Shown here one piece after another: positions 10,023-22,548 of a DNA stretch of 64,000 nt. Numbering within the stretch: position 1 is the first letter of the stretch; each line of letters begins with the position of its first letter. A program made the translations under genes and the position numbers. The notes below the pieces were generated by a model. It had not been told where the DNA came from. It ran no database searches and saw only the letters and a program-made list of their open reading frames with translations. The stretch is taken from NCBI GenBank assembly GCA_965644295.1, contig CBFFRP010000324.1, positions 1-64,000 on the forward strand, read 5' to 3'. The DNA is from Paraphysomonas bandaiensis. Taxonomy: Eukaryota; Protista; Chrysophyceae.

Positions 10023-13000
10023 AAGAAGACAACGAACGACAAGCCAACAAGATTTGCAAGATTCGGCAAGAAACCGAGCACCGATAGACCAGAACATGTA
10101 CCGACTTTAAGATACGGTGCCAACTCGAACTTCGCCACATTCAAACAGAGGCTTGTAGTGGTGGGCATGCAAAAGTACGGTGATCTTGCACGCCTAGTAG
10201 AGCTGGACAAATAAACCCAGAGGATTTTGATTTGGAAGACGACCCCTATGGAGTTAACCTCGACCTGATGAAGGACAAGACCAAGACCAGAGGGAGATTA
10301 ATAGACAAGATGCGGAACGATAGATCGGCATTCTACTCATTCATGGTAGACCATCTGAGCCACGAATCAATGGATGCAGTCAAGCTATTAGATGAATACG
10401 AGCTCATGAACAGGACTAAGGATCCTCTACTACTATGGCTGGCTATCAAACAAACCCACAAAGTATCTACTAACTCCAGCGTAAGTACAGTGGTACGAGC
10501 AGAAGCGAGGAAAAGGTACAAACAGGGAGCATATGAGAGTATAGTTACTTATAAGGAGAGGTTTGATCATCTATTAGAAGCCTACAAAGACATGAACAAC
10601 GCGGAAATGAATGAAGAGGACATCGCGATGGATTTCTTCGAAGGGCTGGACGACATGAGATATGGCGATTTCAAAACTAGCTATCTCAACGATCTAACAA
10701 TGGGCACGCAAGCAGCACCTACACACGTAAATGAAATATATACTAAAGCATCAAAATATCTAACGCCGAAGAGAGCAACGAGAGCAGGCGGCGGATCCGC
10801 ATTCGTGAGCAAATCGAAGTCTGACAAAGGCAAGAAATCTGCAGATAGCGATGATACACCAGAGCAGCAACAAGGGAACGACACGAAATCGCACAACAGC
10901 AAACGTGGTCAGAAAAAAAGGCAGCTCATATGTTGGGGATGCGGTGAGCCAGGCCACAGAATGAACGAATGTCCCGACAGTAGTCAAGAATCAGAAAACA
11001 AGCACTGCACGACAACAATGTTGAACGCCTTCACGTCAGGAAGCGAGCCATTCCAATGGTACGAGGTATTACTCGACAACCAGGCGGATGTCTCGGTAGT
11101 ACACCCAAGACTACTGAACAATGTAAGACCGGCGTCCAAAGGATGCACCGTGGCGGGATTATCGGGACACGCACTGGAACTACCGAATGTAGGCGAGCTA
11201 GACCAATTCTTCACCTGTAAGACAGCAGATGAGCTAAGGGCAAGCGTGCTATGTCAGGCGGACGTAGAAGACATATATGAAGTGACATATAGGCAGGGAG
11301 AGTCTTTCACTGTCCACTTACCTGACAGTGATTTGACTTTCTATCGAAAGAACAAGATGTATGTGGCCGACATGCGCGACTGGGCGACGGCCAAAGTCAA
11401 CGTAACGACTGTAGCGGAGCGCGAAGCCCAATATTCGAAAGTAGAAGTCGCGAGAGCGCGAGAAGCACGAGACCTGATCCGAAACTCGGGCTTCGACTCG
11501 GAGAGAGATGCTGTGCAGCTAGTGAGCGACGGAAACGTTACAGGGGTGCGACTTACCCCGAGTGATATCAGAAGAGCTTTTGACATATATGGGAGACCGT
11601 TCGAAGCGGTGAGAGGCAAGCAGACGAATAAGAAAGTCAGCCGGCAATACGCGGATCCGGAACTGAAGGCAGAACAGCAGAAGGAGCAAAGGCTGTACAC
11701 AGACATCTTCAGTGTGAGACAGCAATCGTTCATGCTCACACTAGCGGAACCATTGGGACTAACCATCGTTACTTCACTCGAAAACGAAACAACGGATCAG
11801 TTGGGATTGGCCCTACAGGAACAAGTAAACCTGTTAAGAAGCTACGGGTACATACCGACAGTTACCTACCTGGACCCTCAGCCGGGATTCAAGGCCCTGA
11901 GAGGCAAGATCACAGGGATGGAGATTGACGTGGCAGGGGCTGGAGATCACCTGGACAAGATCGACGCGAAGATTAGGCGACTCAAAGAGACAATACGCAG
12001 TGTACATTCAGGGCTACCATGGAACCTACCAGATGCCAACGTCAGAGACCTGGTGAGATACGCCAACAGCCGCATGAACTTGAGGAGGCCATCCACCAAT
12101 GGCACAACTGTAGCACCGCGAGTGGCATTGACTGGTCGGAAACCCAATTATAAAAAGGAACTGTCACTGGCTTTTGGGGACTACGTAGAATGCTATGACC
12201 CGAAGGTCAAGAGCAATAACGCGGAGCAGGCCAGAACAGAACCATGTATCGCGCTGTACCCATCCGGCAACGCAAACGGGAGTTGGATATTTTTAAACCT
12301 TAAAACAAATAAATATGTGAGTAGGACCAACTGGGTGAAGATGGTGACCACACAAATAGTAATAGACGCCGTGAATAGAATATCGTCATTGCACAACAAG
12401 TCACACTCACCTGTCACGACCAGCGAGAATGAGAGTCGAGAGATCGAGGATACCACGCCACCAGCTGAGAATGACGAGATCGATAAGCCGAAGGAGCCTC
12501 ACGAGGAGGGGCAGATGACAGCCATTGACACAGACGAAGGGCACGGCCACACAGAAGAGAGAGAGAGAACAAAAATCACGGAACTAGTCGACGATGATGG
12601 CGACAGGGCTGATGGGCCGAGCGAACAGGAACCGGGCGCTGCAACACCCAACGACATCGACGATCCGGAAATTACAGGGGTGGAAACTACAGGGATGACA
12701 CACAATACAAGCGAAGTACTATCATCACCATCAGCCGGAGCAAGGATAGCGGCAGGCACAAGAAGAAAGCCCGTAATGTATCGAGCCTATCACACAAGCG
12801 TAACCAAAGGTTTAAAGGAACACGGCAAAGAAGCCTACCTGGCGATAGTACGGGAGCTGAAGCAGCTGCTGCATGAAAAAAAGGCGATAGTTCCAGTACA
12901 CCGGAGTGACCTGTCAAAGACTCAACTCAAACGAACAATTCGATCGCTGATGTTCTTGAAGACGAAATACGACGGACTCGGAAGGTTCGAGAAAATCAAG

Positions 13001-14374
13001 GCGAGGCTGGTTGCGAACGGGGCACAGCAGGACCGGAAACTGTACCCAGACACGTCGTCACCCACTGTGGACATACAGTCAGTATTTGCATGCCTAGCAA
13101 TAGCAGCGAGAGAGGGGAGACATGTATCGACAATTGATATAGGTGGTGCATACCTCAATGCGGAGATGTCAGGCGAAGAGGTAATAATGGAATTGGAGCC
13201 GATGTTGGCCACAATACTCAGAAAACTAGACCCCACAATCCAGCCGTATGTTGATGAAAGAGGCAAAATATTGGTGCGCCTAGACAAAGCGTTATATGGA
13301 TGCGTGCAGAGCGCAAAGCTCTGGTATGACACGATAAGAGCTTACCTGGAAAGCATTGGTTTCGTGGCTAACCCGGTGGATCAGTGTGTTCTCAATAGGA
13401 CTGTCAACGGCAAGCAGTGCACTATAACACTACACGTGGACGATCTGCTAGTGCTATCACAAGACAAGCGTGACACCGAGTGTTTGGTGGAACAACTAAA
13501 GAAACAATATGGTGAGGTAAAATACTGTGATGACAAAGACATGTCGTATTTAGGTATGCATGTGAGCATGATAGATGACAGGGCAGTGGTGTCAATGAGG
13601 GCTTACCTAGACGGAGTGCTGGAGGAGGCAGCGGTCACTGGCAGAGCAGCATCTCCAGCGACATCATCACTGTTCGCAGAGGGCGCAGGACAGAAATTGG
13701 GGAGGAAGGAGGCTGCCAATTTCCATTCAGTGGTGGCCAAATTGCTATATCTGTCAATAAGAGTTAGACCAGACATCCTGCTCAGTATAGCGTACTTCAC
13801 AACAAGAGTGAAGGGTCCGACAATCGGAGATCAGCAGAGGTTGAATCGAGTGCTGAAATACCTTGCGCACACAAGGGATCAAGATCTGCAGCTGAAGATT
13901 GGAGAACAGCTGCGGGTAAGAAGCTTCATCGACGCTTCGTTCGCCACCCACGAAGACGGAAAAGGGCATACAGGCGTAGTTGTACAGCTTGGAGGGGCCA
14001 CAGTACTATGCCGATCAACTAAGCAACGAATCGTGACGAAAGACTCGACCGAATCCGAGCTGGTCGGCCTATCTGATATGATGTCTAATGCAATGAGATT
14101 ACATGAGTTTGTGTGTGGGCAGGGCTATGCGCTTGACCCACCTGTTATTTATCAGGACAACTTGTCGAACCTCAGCCTCGTGACGAAGGGAGGAGGCCGA
14201 TATAGGTCGAAATACCTGCGAGTACGACAGGCTCTGATTAAAGAACTACACGACAATGGGGAAATCGAGCTCGTGTACTTACCCACTGGGGAAATGCTGG
14301 CAGACGTCCTGACTAAACCCCTGCAGGGTAACTTGTTTCGCCACTTGATATGTCTGATCGTTGGGAACGAGTAG
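10020..14374 (+). CDS. Gag-Pol polyprotein of copia #1, broken by a frameshift/stop at ~10210-10214 (ORFs 10020-10214 and 10232-14374)
   Basis: Zn knuckle CWGCGEPGHRMNEC, protease LLDNQAD, integrase core, RT (KARLVANG, LYGCVQSAKLWY, LHVDDLL), RNase H (IDASF, STESELVG, ADVLTKP). Confidence 0.92.
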
Positions 14375-14390
14375 ACACATCACAGGGGTG

Positions 14391-14677
14391 CGTAGAGAAA
14401 TGAGAGGATGTTCTTTTCAGTTTAGTACTTGAAGTGACTGTATAAGATATGCATAGGGCACATAGAGGTGTATGGTGTTATATTATGCAGTGTGTAGTGT
14501 ACGGCTGTAGAATAGAAGCATAATTTCCTCTTACTGAGAAGTTCTGTAGTAACTATAAAGAGAACCTTGCTTTGACTACCTGTAGTGTAGACTGTGTGAA
14601 AGCAACGGGGGTATTCCGTCCGTTTATTGATTTGTAACATCCGTAACATTCGACCGAGTACCGTATTTTTCTCTGCG
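14391..14677 (+). repeat. 3' LTR of copia #1, preceded by a short PPT-like CAGGGGTG
   Basis: Identical to the 5' LTR and followed by the TSD GATTC. Confidence 0.97.
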
Positions 14678-14884
14678 GATTCTATAAGCACACAGTGTCC
14701 TGTATACCCCCGTATACCCCCGTATACTGCTATATAGGAACAACACGACATACGTCTATACATACACAGGCCAACACTCTCAAGAACATACTGCACGCCT
14801 CCACAGGCACAAACATCTTAACACACATCCACATCTATTCTCATATATATCCATAAATGACTGTATATTCCTTATAGTTCAATC

Positions 14885-16126
14885 ATGTCTGATCTATCCG
14901 TTGAAGAAGTTGCATCGCGAAAGAAGCATGCAAATACTCTGTACAAATCAGGGAGATATGAAGAGGCTATAGCTGCCTATGAGGCTCTATGGCGATCAGA
15001 TGCTGTCGACAACAATATTTTATTAAATATGAGGTATTACATACACATATACGTTTGTTTATAACTAGAATGCTATTAGCTCCTGTTATGCTAGCTTGGG
15101 GAAATTCACTGATGCTGAAGAGCGTGCTCTTACAGCCCTGGAACGATCTCCTTCGTCTAAGGTAAAGATGCTATTGATATTTGAAATTCTTACGCTGTGA
15201 AACAGGGTTATTTTCGTCTTGCTACGGCATTGAAGCAACAGAAACGCTATAGAGATGCTGTTGATGCTCTTGATCAGGGCTTAGCTATTGACCCTTCTGA
15301 TAATGTACGTTATGTACACGACTGGCTACAAAATTGCTTATTCTCATTTGAATTTTAGAACATTCTGGCTGTGTATGAAAATTTCAAGAGTTTAGCAGAA
15401 GGTGGCGTTGAGAAGCCACCGAGAAGATTTTTCTATGATGTAGAGCACGACCACAGCCACGACCATGACCACGGTCATGGTCACAGTCATTCGCATAGCC
15501 ACGACCACGGTCATAGTCACAGTCACTCGCATAGCCACGACCACGGTCATAGTCACAACCATTCGCATAGTCATTCCCATGATCATGGCCACCACCACCC
15601 ACCTGGTCACCCGCCACCACCTCATGATCATGACCATCACCACCCGCCTGGTCATCCACCACCTCATGATCATGGCCACCACCATCCACCGGGTCATCCT
15701 CGGCCTCCCCACGATCATGGCCATCACCACCCACCACCTCATGATCATGGCCATCACCATCCACCGGGTCATCCTCCACCACCTCATGATCATGGTCACC
15801 ACCATCCACCGGGTCATCCTCCACCACCCCACGATCATGGCCACCACCCACCACCTCATGATCGTGGCCACCACCATCCACCGGGTCACCCTCGCCCTCC
15901 CCACGATCATGGCCATCACCATCCACCGGGCCATCCTCCTCCACCCCACGATCATGGCCATCACCACCCACCACCTCATGATCATGGCCACCACCATCCA
16001 CCGGGTCATCCTCGACCTCCCCACGATCATGGCCATCACCACCCACCACCTCATGATCATGGCCATCACCATCCACCGGGACATCCTCCACCACCTCATG
16101 ATCATGACCATCGTCGTTCCACCTAG
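14885..16126 (+). CDS. TPR-domain protein with a long His/Pro-rich repeat tail; exons 14885-15033, 15080-15161, 15206-15304, 15359-16126
   Basis: Three GT-AG introns (46, 44 and 54 nt) give one continuous frame: ANTLYKSGRYEEAIAAYEAL / NMSSCYASLGKFTDAEERALTAL / KGYFRLATALKQQKRYRDAVDALDQGLAIDP (3 TPR motifs). Then HS/HD repeats and HDHGHHHPPGHPPPP repeats. Confidence 0.85.
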
Positions 16127-18051
16127 GGCGTGATATTGCATTTAGTATCCATTATCACAATCTGGTTCAACATGGATTTCGTTTATTGATAGTACTGGTT
16201 GGATCTTTGTCTCCAATTAACAAGGTATATACCATTACCCCAATTGTTTTGAGCTTGGATATATGAGCAGTAAATAAGTATGAATATCATTATACATATG
16301 ACGTGCATATGTCGCCAGTGTGTGCTATTATTTCCGTCCAAGAAAGCAATGAGTTTTTAGAACTGCTCGACAACACCATACTAATTGAAGACGTATGTGT
16401 TACTATTCTTGTGTTAAGGTAATTTATGCAATCATGCAATATCATCCCGACAACAACTGATGGTATCTAAAAGTAGTCATTGCTTTTAAACCATCTACCA
16501 AACTACTACCATATTAATTGATAGTTATTTTCAAAATAATTTATAGCTTTTATCTGTAGCTTATCTGCCGTGCCTATGCATTGGAAAAGTAATGACTCTA
16601 CAATGTGCGCAGCGACTCAAATAACTACTCTGATTATCATAACTGATTGATATCTTGCTTCTTATACAGAAGTGGCCATGTTAGGTTAGAAACTACGTAT
16701 GAAGTACTTCTGAAGATCCATATAATATGGCATTATGATGCAGACGGAAAGAGAACTATGATGAGGCGACAGCAGAAAAGTACATCCTCATAGAGGGGCC
16801 TCTAAAAAGCAGTATAGAATATTTGCACTTTGTATGAAAGAATAGTGTGTTTCGATGTGGACGGTCATTTTTTAATATCAATTTTTACCGGTTATTGCAT
16901 TGTGTGATCAGTGTATGTACACCCCTGTAGCACATGGGACATGGAGTGCAGAAACAAACTGTAAAGAGATACATGAAAAATTCATTACAATCGCAGCTAC
17001 AAGTTTACCTTAATCTACTATTACTACTCAAAGCAATAGGTGTTTTGATGAAGTAGAGGCATAATTTTTCAAGACAGTGCCTTAATTTGTTGTAACCGAA
17101 TAGAGTCGACATTCAGTTACTTTTTACGATTACTAAACAGTATCATTCCTTTTAATATTCTGATAGAACTGTCGGCCCGATATTCGAAAACAGAAACATA
17201 ACGACCTTAGTGGTAATACGCGTTACATTTCTGCTTTACAGACGTAGTAGTACATTTTACGCTTAATTGAATAAAGATGTATACACTTCCAGTTCTGTAC
17301 AAATTCCAGTATAATATATACGTCAGAAAAACAATATGTGTCTGCTTCCTAATTCTTTGTAGTATGTCTGCTGTGTATTCACAACTCTCTTGACTCTTGA
17401 CCATTCTTGCATCTCATTTAGTCTACTATCGGTTAGTTTAGCACGATGTATGTGTCTAAAGATTGCACCATACATGATTGGAGAATATGGTTGGAATGAG
17501 TCATCACTGGTAATAGACTGATATCTACATATCATCCTGTTGTTCTGTACAGTCTATGGAGAGTGTTTTCATTTTCCATATGCGTCATAGCACACACATA
17601 AACCCCCTCGACTACAACAACAAAATCATTATTACTTGTGTGTGCATGCTGTACCTGTTCATAAGAGAACAGTCGTGCTTATACACACTATGAACGATCT
17701 GTACATATGGATCTATACCTGCCTGACTCTAAGATATGGATGCATGGATACAGTCCGTACGTGCGTATATATACAGTGGAGATTCCTAGTCGTATATACA
17801 CAATACACACCTATGGTGCAAACTACAATAGAATACAGTGTATACATGCATAGTGTTGTATGATGCAGCCATATGATACACCCAGCAGACAGCAGCACTG
17901 CACTGCACTGCACAGCCTCTGCCTCTTAATGGCATGATACAGCAGGATACTGCACGGCACTATCATAGTAATAACAGTCGTACCACAGGCTATTGGCCTG
18001 TACAATACTAGGGCTCTACAGATATAGACAATACCTTCTCTCTTATTAGTC

Positions 18052-19968
18052 ATGTCGCTTTATGAAGGAACAGAATTGTTTTGTGCAGCTCTAGTGGAGA
18101 ACATGCCCGCCACATTAGATAAGCTGCTGTCACCTAACTGCCGCATGCAATCCAGTTATGGGAAAGCAACAAGAAACGCTAATGGATTAGTGGAATGTAT
18201 TGAAAAACTGAATGAAGTGCAGGTCATACTCTTCCGATTAGCAGGTGCCTATAAGATTGATATATTGCTTGTATCGGACACACAGTCGTTTATATTTTGT
18301 TCCAGTAATCATGAACCTGTTCCTTTGCGAATGGGTATTGCACTTGAGTGGGAGTGTAACATTGTGACGGGTATTGTGTGTGCGCAAGAGTTCTATAAGA
18401 TAGATGTAGACACCTTGATGTATATGGTTTACCACTTCAGAGGTGGAAGGAGGGTAATCAGCAGCGTTGAGCTGCTCAAACATGAACAACGGGAGCTATC
18501 TTCTGATATTTGCCATAATAGTGATTCTATTAATGACTGTATACGCTTGGATGTCATTCAATCGGATAGCATTGATGAAGGTGGGACACACAATGTCGGT
18601 CACACCACTGGAAAATCAGTTTCTTTTTGTAAATTTGCGAGGGTGGCACTTATTCCTCTTGTCGACAAGACTTCCTCCCTTTTTTACTGTTCACAAGACT
18701 ATCGGCGATTTAGCGTTGATAAAGAGCATGAGATTGAGCAGGCAACCAATATGCTGGGTATCAGTCGGGAAGAGGCGACTGTCCGGTTATACATGCCTGA
18801 AGAGGGTGAGTTGTACACAGAGATTAACAACGATCTCAGCTTCGGGTCCACTGATGAAGGAAATATAGAAGATGGAGTGAGGGTATCCCTATTGTCTGAT
18901 AGAGGAACTGTTACGTCTCGGTACTTTCATCAACGGCGGGCGGTATCGGATAGCGCCTTCATATCTCCTCCACTGGCCCTTCGAGATGTTCTACCATCTG
19001 ACTTCGGAAGCAACGAATACTGTCCACGTATGAGTATGGACGATGACATTGACCGGAGTAGATATATTTTTCGAAATCACAAGCGAAGTGAGTTTCGATT
19101 GTCCGTAGATTTGGCGGAGGTACTGCAAAATGGCCACTCCTTCAGTGTTCCGAGTCAATGCGGACCGCGCTCTGTGTCAGTGGACGGTTTTGTCGGTAGC
19201 ACATATGGTGAGAAACAGAGCAGGTATAAACAATCACCTCGAAATTCAATAGGGGATCTTCAGGGTAGATATAGGCGGCGTAGTGTAGAATCTTCAACTT
19301 CTAGCAGATCATCTATTATGCCCTCGCAGATTCCTCCTTTCGGATGGGTGTTAGGGAGGGAGTTATCTCTGCCTGATGTACTTCAGCCTGTTATCGTACT
19401 TGTAACGGTCGTAGCCTGTAACAATCTACCACCCTCAGCCTTTTGGCCGCTGCTCTCTGTTGATTCTTATGTGGAGATTGAGGTAAATGGGGAAGTCCGG
19501 CGCACAGAGGTGTGCCGTAGACACAAAAACCCCATATATGACTCCACCCAATTGTACTGTTTCTCTTTGAGTTGTGAGGAGGCTCTTGGTAACCGTGTGA
19601 AGTTTTCAGTGTTTGACGCAGCAAAGGTTGGGACTGATACTTCTCTCGGAGTGGCAGCGGTACCATTTTCAGCACTGAAGATACAGTGTGATGACTTATC
19701 CCCAACCTCAGTCATACTTCCTCTACGGCGCGAGCTGGACGAGATGGAAATAGGGAGAGGATTTTGCAATTCTGACAACTACCACTTAACACAGACATCC
19801 GAGAATTCCAAGCAGAAAAAAACATCAACTCGACGAATCCCTACCATAAGTGTATTGATATCACTTGTTAGCGTTAGTTTATATAGTATATTGAACGATC
19901 TTAAAGTTGAAGACGAAACTTTGAAAAACTCTGGGGATCGTCAAGAGTGGGTGACTCTACCGTCATGA
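18052..19968 (+). CDS. Protein with a C-terminal C2 domain, function unknown
   Basis: 638-aa ORF. VTVVACNNLP...DSYVEIEVNGEVRRTEV...NPIYD...VKFSVFD...DTSLGVAAVP matches the C2 pattern. Confidence 0.7.
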   Translation: MSLYEGTELFCAALVENMPATLDKLLSPNCRMQSSYGKATRNANGLVECIEKLNEVQVILFRLAGAYKIDILLVSDTQSFIFCSSNHEPVPLRMGIALEWECNIVTGIVCAQEFYKIDVDTLMYMVYHFRGGRRVISSVELLKHEQRELSSDICHNSDSINDCIRLDVIQSDSIDEGGTHNVGHTTGKSVSFCKFARVALIPLVDKTSSLFYCSQDYRRFSVDKEHEIEQATNMLGISREEATVRLYMPEEGELYTEINNDLSFGSTDEGNIEDGVRVSLLSDRGTVTSRYFHQRRAVSDSAFISPPLALRDVLPSDFGSNEYCPRMSMDDDIDRSRYIFRNHKRSEFRLSVDLAEVLQNGHSFSVPSQCGPRSVSVDGFVGSTYGEKQSRYKQSPRNSIGDLQGRYRRRSVESSTSSRSSIMPSQIPPFGWVLGRELSLPDVLQPVIVLVTVVACNNLPPSAFWPLLSVDSYVEIEVNGEVRRTEVCRRHKNPIYDSTQLYCFSLSCEEALGNRVKFSVFDAAKVGTDTSLGVAAVPFSALKIQCDDLSPTSVILPLRRELDEMEIGRGFCNSDNYHLTQTSENSKQKKTSTRRIPTISVLISLVSVSLYSILNDLKVEDETLKNSGDRQEWVTLPS

Positions 19969-20922
19969 CTTGTCCCATAGCGCTGCTATACTCATTGACC
20001 ATCATGTCGAATGCGCCTACTATCTTTCTCTGTTCGCTATTTATAGAAGAGAGAGACTTTGCTATAGACGATGCATGTAACATATGTTATCAGTATTACA
20101 ATAATTCTAAATATCTAAATAGAACCATTATTTTATTTAATGTGCGTTCAGTGTCTTTTTACAAAAATAAAATTGTTTACTAGGCTGAGGCGGGAACGAA
20201 ACATAAGTAACTACTTTATGAATGAGTATTCACTGGCTGGACTGGTCGTGGCACAAAAACAAAACTGCTTATGACGCCATTCTTTAAACAACAACTACTA
20301 ATACGAAAAGAAAAGAATTTATTAGTGCACCGCTTTAATTACCGTCAATATTTATTCCTAATGAAAATCATATTAATTAGCGTTACTACTTGAATAATGA
20401 ATAATACAGTTGTTAAAGATTAAAGACTAAAGACAGCATTATATGAAAGTTTAGACATACTGAAAGATATTTAGTGTACAAGATCGTGACTATCGTATGT
20501 CTAAGATCTGATAATGTCAATTGGCAGGAGCGATAATATAAGTTTAGTGAACAAGCATATATCGCTTGCTATACACAGATACAACTTTTGATATCCTGCA
20601 TCATATCTACTGCTCTTTACTTCTACATTATTGTGTTATAGATGCGTGGTTCTAAATGTAGTAAGTGCAAAGTATTTTCCTGAATGATGTTCTACAACAA
20701 CAGGATCGTATTGATAGAGCAATACATATATGTAAATACACTTTTTAAACATCCTGTGATCAGTATTATATGAGGAATTTAGTAGAAAATCGCCAAAACT
20801 TAGAAAGTCAATACGCTAAGGCGTTGTAAGTACGCAATAGTGGTGTAATCATAGCTAAAATTACACGCATAACGACAGAGCTAATCACTTCTTGTCGAAT
20901 TCATGCAGTTCAACTCTAAAAA

Positions 20923-22279
20923 TTAATATTCACTGATATTGTGCTTTTTTGCTATCGCGTCATAATAAGCAGATGCGCTGCGGACGTACTCACGGCGATC
21001 GAAATATGACCCATGGTAGAATGACTTTTTGAAACCATTCAATACAATACCCTTCAAGTCGTGAGGCGAAATATTAAATGTGTCCACTGCCTTGCGCAAC
21101 TCTGCCACCGTGGTGGTTCTCGACATTAGTCTGTTGTCAGTGTTGATGGAGACGGAGACACCATCAGAGAGCATACGGCCAAAGGCGTGGTCCTTAAGTT
21201 GGAGTCCAGGCATGGTGCCTAAGTTAGATGTCAGGCATACTTCTAAATTGATTCTTCTATCACAAATGTACTTTGTCAGACGCCGAATATATGTATCTGC
21301 ATCGAGGGCATTCTGCTCTCCAACTACCATGTGCTTGCTGAACAAGTGATACCCATGCCCGATCCGTTCCGCATGAAGGTCCCGTACCGCCTGAAATATG
21401 GATTCCGGTCCATATGCCTCTCCAGCGTGTACAGTCTTGTTGAAAAAATACCCATGAGCAAGATCAAAGGCTTCCCGGTGAATGGAAGCCTTGTATCCAG
21501 CCTGTATTAACGACCAACACATATCAATTTCGTTAGCAAAGAGCATAGACGGCTATACTAACCTCACAGCCAGCAATATCAACTGCAACAACAGGAAGTC
21601 CAAGTGTGTCCCGACACTCTTTAGCGGCCCGCACTAGTGTTTCTGAAGCCAAACTGGCCACTCTCTCATACTCTAGATAGGGATGCACAGCCAAAATAGC
21701 TTCGTAGTATTGACTCATTCCAGGTGCAAATAGTCGCATTGCACACACTATTATGCCGTAATCATAAAAAGGTTCCTTAATACCACCAGATTTTTCACGG
21801 GCTTGCCGCGTTAAATTAAATTCTTCTTTAGCGCGATGAAGGCCTCTATTTACAGCTGTGACAACACCCTCAATGCTCAACACGTCACCATTACGTATTG
21901 AACAATGCAGCTGTGGTGCAAATCGGACTTCAAAATATCTTACCCCTTCTGAATAATTATCAACAGCAAGTTCATATGCTACACGTTCTAATGCCTCTGG
22001 AGTCTGCATTACCCCCACAGTATACTTAAAACCATCAAGATACTCCTCCAATGTAGAATAGTCAACTTTAAAAACGGTTTTGCATAATTCCTCCTCATCA
22101 TATGATGGAAGCCACACATTATTTTTCAGCGCTAGCTCTATTAATGTCTTCACACGTAAAGACCCTACAGTGCATAAATAAAACAGTCCGGTATCCACTC
22201 AGAGTCTCTTACCGTCAAGATGGACGTGTAGATCAGTTTTGGGAATTTCAGAAAGAAATTCATCTGGTATGCGCGACAT
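20923..22279 (-). CDS. ADA: Adenosine deaminase family protein; exons 22279-22213, 22164-21563, 21501-20923
   Basis: Spliced product MSRIPDEFLSEIPKTDLHVHLDGSLR..., with YFEVRFAP, DIAGCE-AG, TVHAGE, RIGHG, LEVCLTSN and SINTDN. Introns at 22165-22212 and 21502-21562. Confidence 0.93.
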
Positions 22280-22548
22280 TCAATTAAAACCAATGTAATC
22301 AACGCTGGATCAGGAACTCCGATATATGGACTGAAATAATAAGCCAGTGAGTATATACATTAAGTGAACTCGAGATATGGACGGCCATCTACTGCAGCAG
22401 TCCTCCCAGCACACCACCATCACCAAGAAAACAGAGACAGGATGGATGTTGTATTTCAGCGAGAGGACCTGCCATCCAACCATTTCTATTTTCTTCTTGC
22501 TGAGTGGTGAGTTCTCTATGTGATGATATCTGCACGGTATACACTTCT

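Larger units (their letters stand above)
9721..14677 (+). mobile_element. Ty1/copia LTR retrotransposon #1 (CoDi-like), full length, CG...CG LTR termini, TSD GATTC
   Basis: Identical 287-bp LTRs at 9721-10007 and 14391-14677. GATTC lies at 9716-9720 and 14678-14682. Domain order gag-PR-IN-RT-RH. Confidence 0.97.

Noticed and set aside
9752-10210. Antisense ORFs across the LTRs (also 14422-14796, 42097-42303, 47592-47792)
   Set aside because: They recur only because the LTRs are duplicated, and show no recognisable protein features.
10205-10216. Programmed -1 frameshift in gag of copia #1
   Set aside because: There is no X-XXY-YYZ slippery heptamer, and the site is only 64 codons into gag. 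A deletion is the simpler explanation.
14389-14392. Reading the copia #1 LTR as starting with a canonical TG (TG-CGTAG)
   Set aside because: The TG precedes only the 3' LTR, as the end of the PPT (equivalent to the AG/CG before the other elements' LTRs). The 5' LTR is preceded by the TSD GATTC.
15384-16141. Alternative-frame and antisense ORFs over the His-rich region
   Set aside because: By-products of a stop-poor repeat. Only the His/Pro frame joins the spliced TPR exons.
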